Assembly: GCF_044704955.1 (NCBI RefSeq)
Contig: NC_091997.1
Location: 34,596,001 to 34,660,000, forward strand
Direction: 5' to 3'
DNA length: 64,000 nucleotides
Source of the DNA: Pristiophorus japonicus
Lineage: Eukaryota
Part shown: positions 23,728-35,209 of the stretch, piece by piece
How positions within the stretch are numbered: the stretch's first letter is position 1
How the letters are laid out: every line of letters starts with the position of its first letter
Translations under genes and position numbers: made by a program
The notes under the pieces: generated by a model
Databases searched by the model: none
Seen by the model: the letters and a program-made list of their open reading frames with translations, nothing else
Told to the model about the DNA's origin: nothing

Positions 23728-24243
23728 CACAGGCCATTCGGCCCCCACAGGTCCGTGCCGGGGTTTATGCTCCACACCAGCCCCCCTCCCACCCCTCTCC
23801 ATCTCACCCCATCACCATACCCTTCTATTCCTTTCTCCCCCATGTGTTTATCCAGCCTCCCCTTAAATCGATACTATTCGCCTCAACCCCTCCCTGTGGC
23901 AGCGAGTTCCACATTCTCACCACTCTCTGGGGAAAGAAGTTTCTCCTGAATTCCCCTTTGGATTTATCAGTGACTATCTTATATTGATGACCCCGAGTTC
24001 TGGTCTCCCCCACAACTGGAAACATCGTCTCTACGTCCACCCTATCGAACCTCTTCATAATTTTAAAGACCTGGATCAGGTCGCCCCTCAGCCTTCTCTG
24101 ATCTAGAGAAAAGAGCCCCAGCCGGTTCAGCCTTTCCTGGAATCATCCTTGTAAATCTTTTTCCCGCTCTCCTCTATATCCTTTTTTATAATATGGAGAC
24201 CAGAGCTGTGCACAGTACTCCAAGTGTGGTCTAACTAAGGTTC
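23728..24243 (-). mobile_element. CR1 LINE 3' fragment
   Basis: ORF 23825-24058 TRTRGHQYKI...FFPQRVVRMWN. Confidence 0.8.
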
Positions 24244-24734
24244 ACATAACCTCTATAGCACAGAAATAGGGCATTCGGGCCAGCTGGTCTATGCCTGTGT
24301 TTATGCTCCATACAACCTCCTCCCACCTTGCCCCACTGCCGTATCCCCCTACTTCCCCTGAGAGAATCAAAGGATATGGGGATCACACGGGAAAGTGGGG
24401 TTGAGGTAAAGATCGGCCATGGTCTTATTGAATGGCGGAGCAGGCTCAAAGGGCCGAATGGCCCATTCCTGCTCCTAATTCATGTTCTAATGTCCTCTGT
24501 TAGTAATGGACCCCATTATTGCACAGGTTTGACATTTCTCTTTGACCCATATTTTAATGTTAACCTCAATGAATTTAACTAGCGGACAAGGAGCTTTCTC
24601 ATCAACACTGTAACACCGTGCCACTATACCGTCTTTCGGTAGGGTGGGGGACCCATGCACTTTCCAACGTTAATTCTACTTCAGGCCTTTTGGTGAATGT
24701 TTGTCGACACTGCCTTAGTTCCAGCGAGGAGATT

Positions 24735-26470
24735 GGCGCAAGAGGTTACCTGGCACGGGTGATTACCTGCCGCTCATGGTTACTTGGCGCTCGTGGTTAC
24801 CTGTCGCGGGTGGTTACCTGCCGCTCATGGTTACCTGGCGCGGGAGGTTACCTGGCGCGGGAGGTTACCTGGCGTGGGAGGTTACCTGGCACGGGAGGTT
24901 ACCTGGCGTGGGAGATTACCTGGCGTGGGAGGTTACCTGGTTCGGGAGATTACCTGGCTCAGGAGGTTACCTGACTCGGGAGGTTACCTGGTGCGGGAGG
25001 TTACCTGGCGTGGGAGGTTACCTGGTGCGGGAGGTTACCTGGTGTGGGAGATTACCTGGTGCGGGTGGTTACCTGGCTCAGAAGGTTACCTGAATCGGGA
25101 GGTTACCTGGTGCGGGAGGTTACCTGGCGTGGGAGGTTACCTGGTGCTGGAGGTTACCTGGTGCGGGAGGTTACCTGGTGCAAGAGGTTACCTGGTGTGG
25201 GAGGTTACCTGGTGTGGGAGGTTACCTGGTGCAAGAGGTTACCTGGTGTGGGAGGTTACCTGGCGTGGGAGGTTACCTGGTGCGGGAGGTTATCTGGTGC
25301 GGGAGGTTACCTGGCGTGGGAGGTTACCTGGTGTGGGAGGTTACCTGGTGCTGGAGGTTACCTGGTGTGGGAGGTTACCTGGTGCTGGAGGTTACCTGGC
25401 TCGGGAGGTTACCTGGTGCGGGTGGTTACCTGGCTCGGGAGGTTACCTGGTGCGGGAGGTTACCTGGTGCTGGAGGTTACCTGGTGTGGGAGGTTACCTG
25501 GTGCTGGAGGTTACCTGGTGCTGGAGGTTACCTGGTGCTGGAGGTTACCTGGTGCTGGAGGTTACCTGGTGTGGGAGGTTACCTGGTGCGGGAGGTTACC
25601 TGGTGTGGGAGGTTACCTGGTGCTGGAGGTTACCTGGTGTGGGAGGTTACCTGGTGTGGGAGGTTACCTGGTGCGGGAGGTTACCTGGTGCTGGAGGTTA
25701 CCTGGCTCGGGAGGTTACCTGACTCGGGAGGTTATCTGGTGTGGGAGGTTACCTGGTGCGGGAGGTTACCTGGTGCTGGAGGTTACCTGGCTCGGGAGGT
25801 TACCTGGTGCGGGTGGTTACCTGGCTCGGGAGGTTACCTGACTCGGGAGGTTACCTGGTGTGGGAGGTTACCTGGTGCGGGAGGTTACCTGGTGCTGGAG
25901 GTTACCTGACTCGGGAGGTTACCTGGTGCGAGAGGTTACCTGGTGTGGGAGGTTACCTGGTGCTGGAGGTTACCTGGCTCGGGAGGTTACCTGGTGCGGA
26001 TGGTTACCTGGCTCGGGAGGTTACCTGACTCGGGAGGTTACCTGGTGTGGGAGGTTACCTGGTGCGGGAGGTTACCTGGTGCTGGAGGTTACCTGGTGTG
26101 GGAGGTTACCTGGTGCTGGAGGTTACCTGGTGCGAGAGGTTACCTGGTGCTGGAGGTTACCTGGTTCTGGAAGTTATCTGGTGCTGGAGGTTACATAGAA
26201 ACATAGAAAATAGATGCAGGAGTAGGCCATTCAGCACTTCGAGCCTGCACCACCATTCAATAAGATCGTGTCTGATCATTCCCTCAGTACCCCTTTCCTG
26301 CTTTCTCTCCATACCCCTTGATCCCTTTAGCTGTGAGGGCCATATCTAACTCCCTCTTAAATATATCCAATAATATATGGCGCTCGTGGTTACTTGCCGC
26401 TTGTGGTTACCTGGCGCTTGTGGTTACCTGGTGCTTGTGGTTACCTGGCGCGGGAGGTTACCTGGTGCTG
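24735..26470 (-). repeat. 17-bp minisatellite (~90 units) derived from the PNPO exon2/intron2 junction, interrupted by a CR1 tail at ~26195-26370
   Basis: Plus-strand unit GGAGGTTACCTGGTGC(T/G), i.e. minus-strand AGCACCAG|GTAACCTCC, identical to the real donor at 26462/26461. Confidence 0.95.
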
Positions 26471-26586
26471 GTGGCGAGGCACATGGCATTAGCCTCCCGG
26501 ATAGACGGGCATGTCGTGGCCGCTTCGAACCAGTCAGCAAACTGCTTCATGGGGTCCAGAGAAACCAGCTGATTCTCTTCAAAAGC
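26462..26586 (-). CDS. PNPO: PNPO coding exon 2 (125 bp)
   Basis: ttgccag|[41 protein letters not shown](R)|gtaacc. Confidence 0.97.
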
Positions 26587-26927
26587 CTGGCAACAAAGAC
26601 AGAGAGGAATATAAACACACAGACACACCGAGGCAGCAGCAGGTGTACTTTGCAAAGGTTTATTTGGTGCGGGTTGTGGGTGACCTTGGTGAGGTTACTC
26701 TTACTGGCAGTCCCTGAGAAGGTGGCGATGGGGCAGCTCCTATCTCCGGGCGTACGCGCATGTACATACTTGCAAACTCTGCAGAGACAAGTCATTTATC
26801 ACTATTGCCATGTAATTATATAGATTTTTCGACAGCACCTCACAAACCCGCGACCTCTAGAAGGACAAGGGCAGCAGGTGCCTGGGAACACCACCACCTC
26901 CACGTTCCCCTCCAAGACTTTGATATC

Positions 26928-27200
26928 ATAATGTATTTGCTTCATGGGTTCTTTGCTTAAGAATTCATCGCAACACATTGCTATTAAGAACTTGTTGGTT
27001 TATTAGCAAAGATTTAACAATCACACTACACATTACCAGTTCATTCACCAGGCTCACAACCACCTGCCTCATCGTGGATCCCCCGAACCCAACTGGCTGG
27101 GGTTTTATTGAGTTTTGTGAACATCGCATGATTGGCTAAGCCACTCACAACGCAACAGCGCTACACACCTGTGAGCATACTCACCGGTGCGTACATTACA
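26928..27200 (-). mobile_element. Solo LTR (same family as 15403-16112)
   Basis: TAATGTATTTGCTTCATGGG...GCGTACATTACA. Confidence 0.8.
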
Positions 27201-27249
27201 GACATACATCGGCCGTTCCTTCATTGTCGCTGGGCCAACATGCTGGAAG

Positions 27250-27672
27250 CATAGAAACATAGAAACATAGAAAATAGATGCAGGAGTAGGCCATTCGGCC
27301 CTTCGAGCCTGCACCGCCATTCGTTAAGATCATGGCTGATATTTCCTTCAGTACCCCTTTCCTGCTTTCTCTCCATACCGCTTGATCCCCTTAACCGTAA
27401 GGGCCATATCTAACTCCCTCTTGAATATATCCAATGAACTGGCATCAACAACTCTCTGGGGCAAGGAATTCCACAGGTTAACAACTCTCTGAGTGAAGAT
27501 GTTTCTCCTCATCTCAGTCCTAAACGGCCTGCCCCTTATCCTAAGACTGTGTCCCCTGGTTCTGGACTTCCCCAACATCAGGAACATTCTTCCCACATCT
27601 AGCCTGTCCAGTCCAGTCAGAATCTTATATGTTTCTATGAGATCCCCTCTCATCCTTCTAAACTCCAGTGAA
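27250..27672 (-). mobile_element. CR1 LINE 3' fragment
   Basis: ORF 27348-27653; (CATAGAAA)n tail. Confidence 0.85.
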
Positions 27673-27718
27673 TAAAGGCCCAGCCTCCCTTACGGCACTG
27701 TGGGAGCATCTTCACCAC

Positions 27719-28038
27719 TGGGGTTGCCATCTCGGGCTGGATGCATCCCTGGAGGTTTCATCCCATTACCGCCTGCTCCTAACCCCAATCTCCCGCCCCC
27801 GCTACAGTTCACCCAACATGTCCAACCTCGCCACACAAGACCTTCCCGCGTCAATTGGAAAGTGACAGACTGCCAGTAAAACAAATTATTTCCCAGCTTC
27901 AATATTTTTGTAGCTAATAAACAAAATTGTTCAGAGAAAGTTAAGAACAACACCATTTCTTTTTTGCTGGCAGTGTCCTGCAGATTAATCTTTAACTCCC
28001 AGAGACTCCGGGCCAGTCCTGGAGGGTTGGCGGCCCTG
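27719..28038. mobile_element. Non-autonomous hAT DNA transposon (MITE) with 8-bp TSD
   Basis: TSD TTCACCAC at 27711-27718 and 28039-28046; degenerate TIR TGGGGTTGCCA / TGGCGGCCCTG; splits a LINE tail. Confidence 0.75.
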
Positions 28039-28359
28039 TTCACCACACGGGCTGCAGCGGTTCAAGAGATGGCCCACCACCAAGTCCTCAAGGGCAACTG
28101 GAGGACGGGCAATAAATGCCGGCCTTGCCAGGACGTCTACGTCCCCAGAATGAATATTAACAAAAGACCAATTCGAATTTTTTTTAATGACACACCAGCT
28201 CCCCCTAATGGCTCGTTTAGGAAGTGCCTGGATAGGTGTTGTACTGAGCCATTCCAGACAGTAAGGAGCAAAGAAAGAACTTGCCTTTAATCCCTTTCGG
28301 GATGTCACAAAGTGCTTCATGTTAAGGGAACAAGAGCTAGTAAAGGAATACATTTTGTA

Positions 28360-28950
28360 TTAAAGAAAGACTTGCATTTATATAGCGCCTTTCACAAAGC
28401 ACTTTGCAGCCAATTAAATACTTTTGAAGTGCAGTCACTGTTGTAATGTGGGAAACACAGCAGCCAATTTGCACACAGCAAGCTCCCACAAACAGCAATG
28501 TGATAATGACCAGATAATCTGTTTTAGTGATGTTGATTGAGGGGTAAATATTTGGCCCCAGGGATAACTCCCCTGCTCTTTTTCGAAATTGTGCCATGGG
28601 ATCTTATACATCCACCCAAGAATGCAAACAGGACCTTAGTTTAACATCTTATCCGAAAGACGGCACCTCTGACAGTGCAGCACTCCCTCAGTACTACCCC
28701 TCTGACAGTGCAGCACTCCCTCAGTACTGCCCCTCCAACAGTGCAGCACTCCCTCAGTACTACCCCTCCCTCAGTACTGCCCCTCCAACAGTGCAGCACT
28801 CCCTCAGTACTGCCCCTCCAACAGTGCAGCACTCCCTCAGCACTGCACTGGGAGTGTCAGCCTAGATTTTGTGCTTAAGTTCCTGGAGTGGGACTTGAAC
28901 CCACAACCTTCTGACTTCAAGGCAAGGATGCTGCCCACTGAGCCGCGACT
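28360..28950 (-). mobile_element. Deu-domain SINE, near full length, ~5-6 internal 33-bp units
   Basis: tRNA-like head (GGCTCAGTGG, GGTTCAAGTCCC), Deu body and GCAAGTCTTTC tail. Confidence 0.85.
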
Positions 28951-29689
28951 TAAGGTTAAAGGCCTACAGCTCTAGCTGACAGCTCACTTTACATAGGTCA
29001 CAAACAGCCCGATCAAGAAGTCACGTTACATATTAATTACATTTAGATCTGGACTTTATCAATGTTTTTGCACAAATCGGAACACAGGAACAGGAGGAGG
29101 CCATTCAGCCCCTCAAGGCTGTTCCGACAGTCAGTGAGATCACAGCTGATCTGTTTCTTAAATCCATACGTCCACCTTGGTTCCATATTCTTTAATATTC
29201 TTACCCAACAAAAATCTATCAATCTCAGTTTTGACCTTTACAAATGGCCCTAAGCCACAATAAATATCGGGGCGATTAAGTTCCAGATTCCCACTGCCCT
29301 TTGTGTGAAGAAGTGCTTCCTGACATCACCCCTGAACGGCCTGCCTCTAATTTTAAGGTGACACCCCCTTGTTCTGGGTTGAAACATACTTGTCTGTAGG
29401 TGAGACAAGTTACTGCCTTCTCCACCTTGCTAACCCTAAACACCAGCTAGTTGTACTGGCCTTTGGGACCACCAATGTCAGATTAACAGTCTGGAACTTC
29501 TGGGTGAGAGCTGGTGTCAATTGCATCAAGATCGTGTGAAGCAATGTAGGTAGAATTATATTAAAATGGCAAAATTGTAACATGAGGTTAGGAGATTAAG
29601 CAGAAGGAAGGGATCTAGAAAGCTGACCTCAGCGACTGTAATGTGATCTTCTACAGCACTGAATCACCGGGCCAGTAACCGGTGGTTCT

Positions 29690-30860
29690 GTGTCAGCCGT
29701 GGCTCAGTGGGTTGCCTCTGAGTCAGAAAGTCGTGGGTTCAAGTCCCACTCCAGAGACTTGAGCAAAAAATCTAGGCTGAAGCCCTCAACGCCAATATAG
29801 AGGTGCTGTCTTTTGGATGAGACATTAAACTGAGGCACCTTGTTGCCTGCCTCAGCCCAAGTGCTGCTGAAACCCTCATCCATGCCTTTGTAACTTCCAG
29901 AGTATTCCAATGCTCTCCTGGCCAGTCTCCATAAACTTGAGTCCATCCAAAACTCTGCTGCCTGTATTCTAACACCCGCTGACCCATCACCCCTGCGCTC
30001 GCTGACCTACATTGGCTCCTGGTCAGGCAACGCCACAATTTAAAAATTCTCAACCTGGTTTTCAAATCCCTCCATGACCTCGCCCCTCCCTATCTTTGTA
30101 ATCTCCTCCAGCCCCACAATCCCCCGAGATGTCTGCGCTCCTCCAATTCTGGCCCCTTGCGCATCCCCCACTTTTTTTGCTCCATTGGTGGCCGTGCCTT
30201 CAGTTGCCTGGCCCCCAAGCTCTGGAACTCCTAAACCTGTCCACCTCTCTCTTCTCCTTCAAAACACTTGTTAAAACCTACCTCTTCGACCAAGCTTTTG
30301 GTCACCTGTCCTAATATCTCCTTCTGTGGCTCGATGTCAAATTCTGTCTGCTAACACTCCCGTGAAGTGCTTTGGGGTGTTTTAATACGTTAAAAAAAGA
30401 TTTACAAGAATGATTCCAGGGATGAGGGACTTCAGTTATGGGGATAGACTGGAGAAGCTGGGGCTGTTCTCCTTGGAGCAGAGAAGATTGGGAGGAGATT
30501 TGATCGAGGTGTTCAAAATCATGAGGGGTCTGGACAGAGTAGATACAGAGAGACTGTTCCCATTGGTGGAAGGGTCGAGAACCAGAGGACACAGATTTAA
30601 GGCAGAAGAACCAAAGGCGACATGAGGAAAAACTTTTTTACGCAGCGAGTGGTTAGGATCTGGAATGCGCTGCCTGAGAGGGTGGTGGAGGCAGACTCAA
30701 TCGTGGCTTTCAAAAGGGAATTGGATAAGTACCTGAAGGAAAAAAAATTGCAGGTCTACGGGGAAAGGGCGGGGGAGTGGGACTGGCTGAAGTGCTCTTG
30801 CAGAGAGCCGCCATGGGCTCGATGGGCTGAATGGCCTCCTCCTATGCTGTGACCGTTCTT
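29690..30860 (+). mobile_element. Stack of SINE head, L2 3' fragment and CR1 3' fragment
   Basis: SINE head 29690-29835; L2 ~29835-30390; CR1 ORFs 30410-30625 and 30622-30852. Confidence 0.7.
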
Positions 30861-31351
30861 ATATAAAGGCGCTATATAAATGCAAGTTGTAGTGAGGTGC
30901 GGAGGGATTTGTAAATGCGGGCAAGGAGTTTGAAATCGGTGCTTACTGTACAGCCAACAACAATAAGATACAAAGTCAAAGTCATTGCAAGGACTCGCTC
31001 TGTATTCATTCATACAGTTGCCTGGGCAGAGGCCTAGAGTGAGTCAGCACTGCCTTCCCCAAACACATAAAACCATTGCAAGCCTGGTTTTAATCGAAGG
31101 AATGAAGATAAAATCATATCTGTATCAATTTTACAAACGAAAATGGAGCCCGGGTCAGAATTGCCGCCGTTACACAAGGTGCGGGTAAAGGGGATTTCCA
31201 GGAGGAGGCGCTTTCTGTTATTGTTAAAAAGGTGAAACATGATCTAAAACGCAAATATTCCACGTCGTGAGCCCGGCCGATACATTTCACCGGATGGATA
31301 CATCGCGGCTCAGCCATGGCTACATCGGAGTTGTTACATTTTGCTACTCAC

Positions 31352-31543
31352 TTCCTGGTCGCATTTGTAGCTCTGCCTCATGGCGGCCACGTCGGCAGCA
31401 GGGCTGGAGCTGGAGCAGGAGGACATGCTGCAGGGTCTGCGACCTGAGCACGGTCTGTCCCCGCCGATCCACGGGTGCCCGGAACCTCTGATGAAACTGA
31501 CAGGGAAACTGATCCTTAGGGTGTCAGTTACACGCAACCACAT
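31352..31543 (-). CDS. PNPO: PNPO coding exon 1 (192 bp)
   Basis: GCCATG start; MWLRVTDT...DVAAMRQSYKCDQE|gtgagt resembles human MTCWLRGVT...DLGPMRKSYRGDRE. The joined CDS is 837 nt = 278 aa, open. Confidence 0.9.
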
Positions 31544-31927
31544 GGCACTCCCAGGCTGGAACTCCGACTGGCTGTGTGTCTCTCTCTCTCACTGCACACA
31601 CACTGAATCCTCTGCTATAAAATAGTTTCCGATACACTTAGATAAACACCCGCTGTTAAATAACTTATCGCTTGTCAGACTTCAACAATCATCAGTTTTC
31701 AGACAATTATTAATATTAATCAGTGAGTGGGATATGGCTGGGTGTGTGGCTCTCAGGCTGCAGGTAATCGATGTGTTACTGTCGCTTGGATGATACACAT
31801 TCTCGGAGATGTCAATGTGGGGAAGGGCTGGAGGTTTGAACAAGGAAAGGGCGGTCAGAAGGCAGCATTAATCTCGAGCATGCCAGCAAATCTCTGAGTG
31901 ACTGTTACAAACGGAAATCCTCCCTCG

Positions 31928-32965
31928 AAAGAAAGACTTGCATTTCTATAGCGTCTTTCAATACCTCAGGAGTTCAGCGCTTTCCAGCCAATGAAGCACT
32001 TTTTGAAGTGCAGTCGCTGTTGTAATGTGGGAAACGCAGCAGCCAATTTGCGTACAGCAAGCTCCCACAAACAGCAATGTGATAATGACCAGACAATCTG
32101 TTTTAGTGATGTTGGTTGAAGGATAAATATTGGCCCCAGGACACTGGGGAGAACTCCCCTGCTCTTCTTCGAAATAGTGCCATGGGATCTCTTACATACA
32201 GACGGGCCTCGGTTTAACGTCTCATCCGAAATACGGCACCTCCAACAGTGCAGCACCGCACTGGAGTGTCAGCCCAGATTTTGCGCTCAAGGCTGGCACT
32301 CCAGTACAGTGCTTCGATCCAATATGTTACCAGTCGGTGAGTGGGGAATGGACTGCAGGGAGGAGAAACATTTAATCCCCCCCTGCAGCTGATCAGATTA
32401 ATTCTCTCCATGTACATAAATCTTTGAAGGCAGCAGGATAAGTTGAGAAGGCTATTAAAAAGCATAGAGGAAAAGCGTTCAAAGGCAAGGAAGTTACGCT
32501 AATCCTCTATAAACACTGGTTAGACCTCAGCTGGAATATTGTGTCCAATTCTGGGCACCTCACTTTAGGGATGATGTCAAGGCCTTGGCGAGGATGCTGA
32601 GGAGATTTACGAGAATGGTTCCAGGGATGAGGGACTTCAGTTTTGCAGAGAGATTGGAACAGAGAAGATTAAGGGATAGCAGTGTTCAAAATCATGAGGA
32701 GGTTTTGATAGAGTGGCAGAAGAGTCGAGAACCAGAGGACACAGATTTAAAGCTTGGCAAATGAACCAAAGGCGACATGAGGAAACACGTGTGAGATCTG
32801 GAACGCGCTGCTTAAAAGGGCGGTGGGAGCAGATTCAATAGTAACATTTAAAAGGGCTTTGGGGAAAGAGCGGGGGAGTGGGACCAATCGGATATCTCTA
32901 CCAAGGAGCTGGCACAGATATGATGGGCCGAATGGTCTCCTTCTGAGCTGTGTGATTCTAGGATT
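31928..32965. mobile_element. Minus-strand Deu SINE (31928-32290) and decayed plus-strand CR1 (32390-32965)
   Basis: Family motifs as above. Confidence 0.7.
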
Positions 32966-33714
32966 TCTATTTTTAAAAGGAAACTCCAGCTATGTCCACC
33001 CCCTCAACCACCTCAGTGTCTCCATCTCCTGAAGGTGTTGACATTTGTTGGGTCCAGTTCTACGGGGGGGTGGGGGGGGGGGAGCTGCCCTTGAGTGCCC
33101 CAGCCAAGTGGCCAACCTCTCTGTGTGAGCCGACACAATGAGTGTCATTAGGCTGTTCGACCACAGGAAGCATCACATATTTGCCTCCGAGGTATCTAAA
33201 GAACTATTAGGACAGGTGACCCAACGCCTGGCCAAAGCGGTAGGTTTTAAGGAGCATCATAAAAGTGGAGAGGTTTAGAGAGGGAAATCCAGAGACAAAA
33301 CAGGATACCTTAATCTCTCTTTCCACTTTTCAAACGCTGACAGACATAGAACCATTCGCCTATCATGGCTATGCTGGCTCTCTGAAAGCTGTCCAATTAC
33401 CCCACTCGCCCGCTCTTGCCCCACAGCCCTGCAATTTTTCCCTCCATGTATTTATCTAATTCCCTTTTGCTAGTTATAATTGAATCTGCTTCCACCGTCC
33501 TTTCAGATATAGGTTGTGTATTTTCTGTACCTAGTTATTTTCTTTGTACCAAAAACATAGAAACATGGAAAATAGGTGCAGGAGTAGGCCATTCGGCCCT
33601 TCGAGCCTGCACCACTATTCAATAAAATCTATTGATATAATAAATCTTGCATTTATCTAGCACCTGATCCCGTTAAAACCTTTGCAAAAGGTTGTGTGGG
33701 GGCGAGGGGTTTAA

Positions 33715-33940
33715 TTTTGATTGACAGCTAAGCGACCAATTAGAGGTGAGAAAGCATTCGCCTCTGCGCCAATGGGAGGTGGGCACCAAGTTCATTGACA
33801 AGAGCTTGAACCGCCGAGCTTCGGTCCTGATGATTGGCAGTTGTTGGAACCAATCAAAATGAAGATTGACAAACGGGCCACGCTCCCTTGCTTTGGTAGC
33901 CTGTGTCATTGCGGAGTGGGCGGGACTTCCTGCCTGGTGT
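33715..33940 (+). promoter_or_regulatory. CCAAT/TALE/GC-box promoter of the BEN-domain gene
   Basis: TGATTGACAG (33718-33727) + CCAAT (33736), CCAAT ~33769, TGATTGGCAG + CCAAT (33831-33854), GGGCGGG and ACTTCCT ~33918-33931, about 100 nt upstream of the ATG. Confidence 0.7.
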
Positions 33941-34027
33941 TGTGACAGCCAGTCTGGCTCTGGACTGGAGCTGGGGCTGGAAGTTGGACAGGACTCTGTG
34001 TCCAACCTGAGTCTGAGCTTAAGCTGC

Positions 34028-34302
34028 ATGGCTGACACTATGCTGACAGTCACTGAGCCCGTCTATACTGAGCTGGCAACACTGACAGAGGGACAGCAGC
34101 AGCAGCAGGGCTGTGGGGGAGAGGAGGAAGAGGATGATGATGAAGAGGAGGAGAAGAAGAAGGAGGAGGAGAAAGACTTCCCCAGGAGTGGAGAGGTCAG
34201 CAGGGAGCTCGGCTTCTCCAAACCCCCAGCCTGGTACCAGAACAGTGAGCGAGCTTTCACCTGCAGAACGCAGAGCTCTGGGTCTCAGCAAGATGCTCAC
34301 AG
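34028..34302 (+). CDS. BEN-domain protein, coding exon 1 (acidic, low complexity)
   Basis: ATG GCT..., MADTMLTVTEPVY...EEEEDDDEEEE...DAH, donor AG|gtaaga in phase 2 matching the next acceptor. The start could be the second ATG (34040). Confidence 0.7.
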
Positions 34303-34469
34303 GTAAGAGGAAAGACCAGCTGGGGTCACACCTGTCACTGGGTTTATAAACTGTAAATGAGGGAGAAGGTTTGATCAATGGCTAAATAATTTTGGAATCA
34401 GTGGATTCAGTTGTACAGAGCCTCGGTCAGACCCCATGCGCAGTAACTGCGTTCAGTCCTGGGCCCTGC

Positions 34470-34950
34470 CCCTCAGGGAGGGTATATCAGCCTCGGGGGG
34501 GGGGGGAAGCGCAGATTCACCAGAATGATACCGGGGCTAAAGGGGTTAAATACGAGGATAGGTTGCACAGACTGGGCTTGTATTCCCTCGAGTGTCGACG
34601 ATTGGGGCTGATCTAATCGAGGTGTTTAAGATGATTGATGGGGTAGATAGAGAGAAACTGTTTCCTCTGGTGGGGAAGTTCAGAACAAGGCGGCGTCACC
34701 TTAAAATTAGAGCCAGGCCATTCAGGGGTGATGTCAGGAAGCGCTTCTTCACACAAAGGGCAGTGGGAATCTGGAACTCTCTCCCCCAAAAAGCTGTGGA
34801 TGCTTTCAAGCCTGAGATCGATAGATTTTTGGGGTAAGGGTATCAAGGGATACAGAGCAAAGACAGGTAAATGGGTTTGAGGTACAGATCAACCGTGGTC
34901 TATGGCGGAACAGGCTGAGGGGGCTGAATGGCCTCCTCCTGTTCCTGTGC
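34470..34950 (+). mobile_element. CR1 LINE 3' fragment
   Basis: ORF 34592-34837 FFTQRAVGIWN. Confidence 0.75.
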
Positions 34951-35209
34951 GCTTGTGGATCAGGAGTGAAGTTCCGTGATGTTACAAGGAATGAGGGACC
35001 TTGTGAATCCAGTTATTTTTCTGGCCTATTTCCTTGCCTTGTCTCCTAAAGGGACTGGCTCTGGTTGCCGTACGGTTCCACAAGGTGACAGTAATCAAGC
35101 CAGATGCACCGGGGCCGATGTACTCGACCGCTGCCTGTTTTGAGATGAGCTGAGCCCAGGCCAGGGATCCACACTGCAGCGAGCTGGATCGAGAGGCAGG
35201 AAACTACAA

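Noticed and set aside
24776-26349. Long plus-strand ORFs (up to 312 aa) of GGYLVREVTWCGRLP repeats
   Set aside because: Translation artefact of the 17-bp minisatellite, antisense to PNPO intron 2, with no start context or splice support.
29690-29760. tRNA-like sequences with A and B boxes (many copies)
   Set aside because: These are SINE heads continuing into the Deu body, without a complete cloverleaf.
31114-31317. 67-aa minus-strand ORF with a good Kozak context (GCCATGG) as PNPO exon 1
   Set aside because: No PNPO similarity; it lies in intron 1 just after the real exon-1 donor at 31351.
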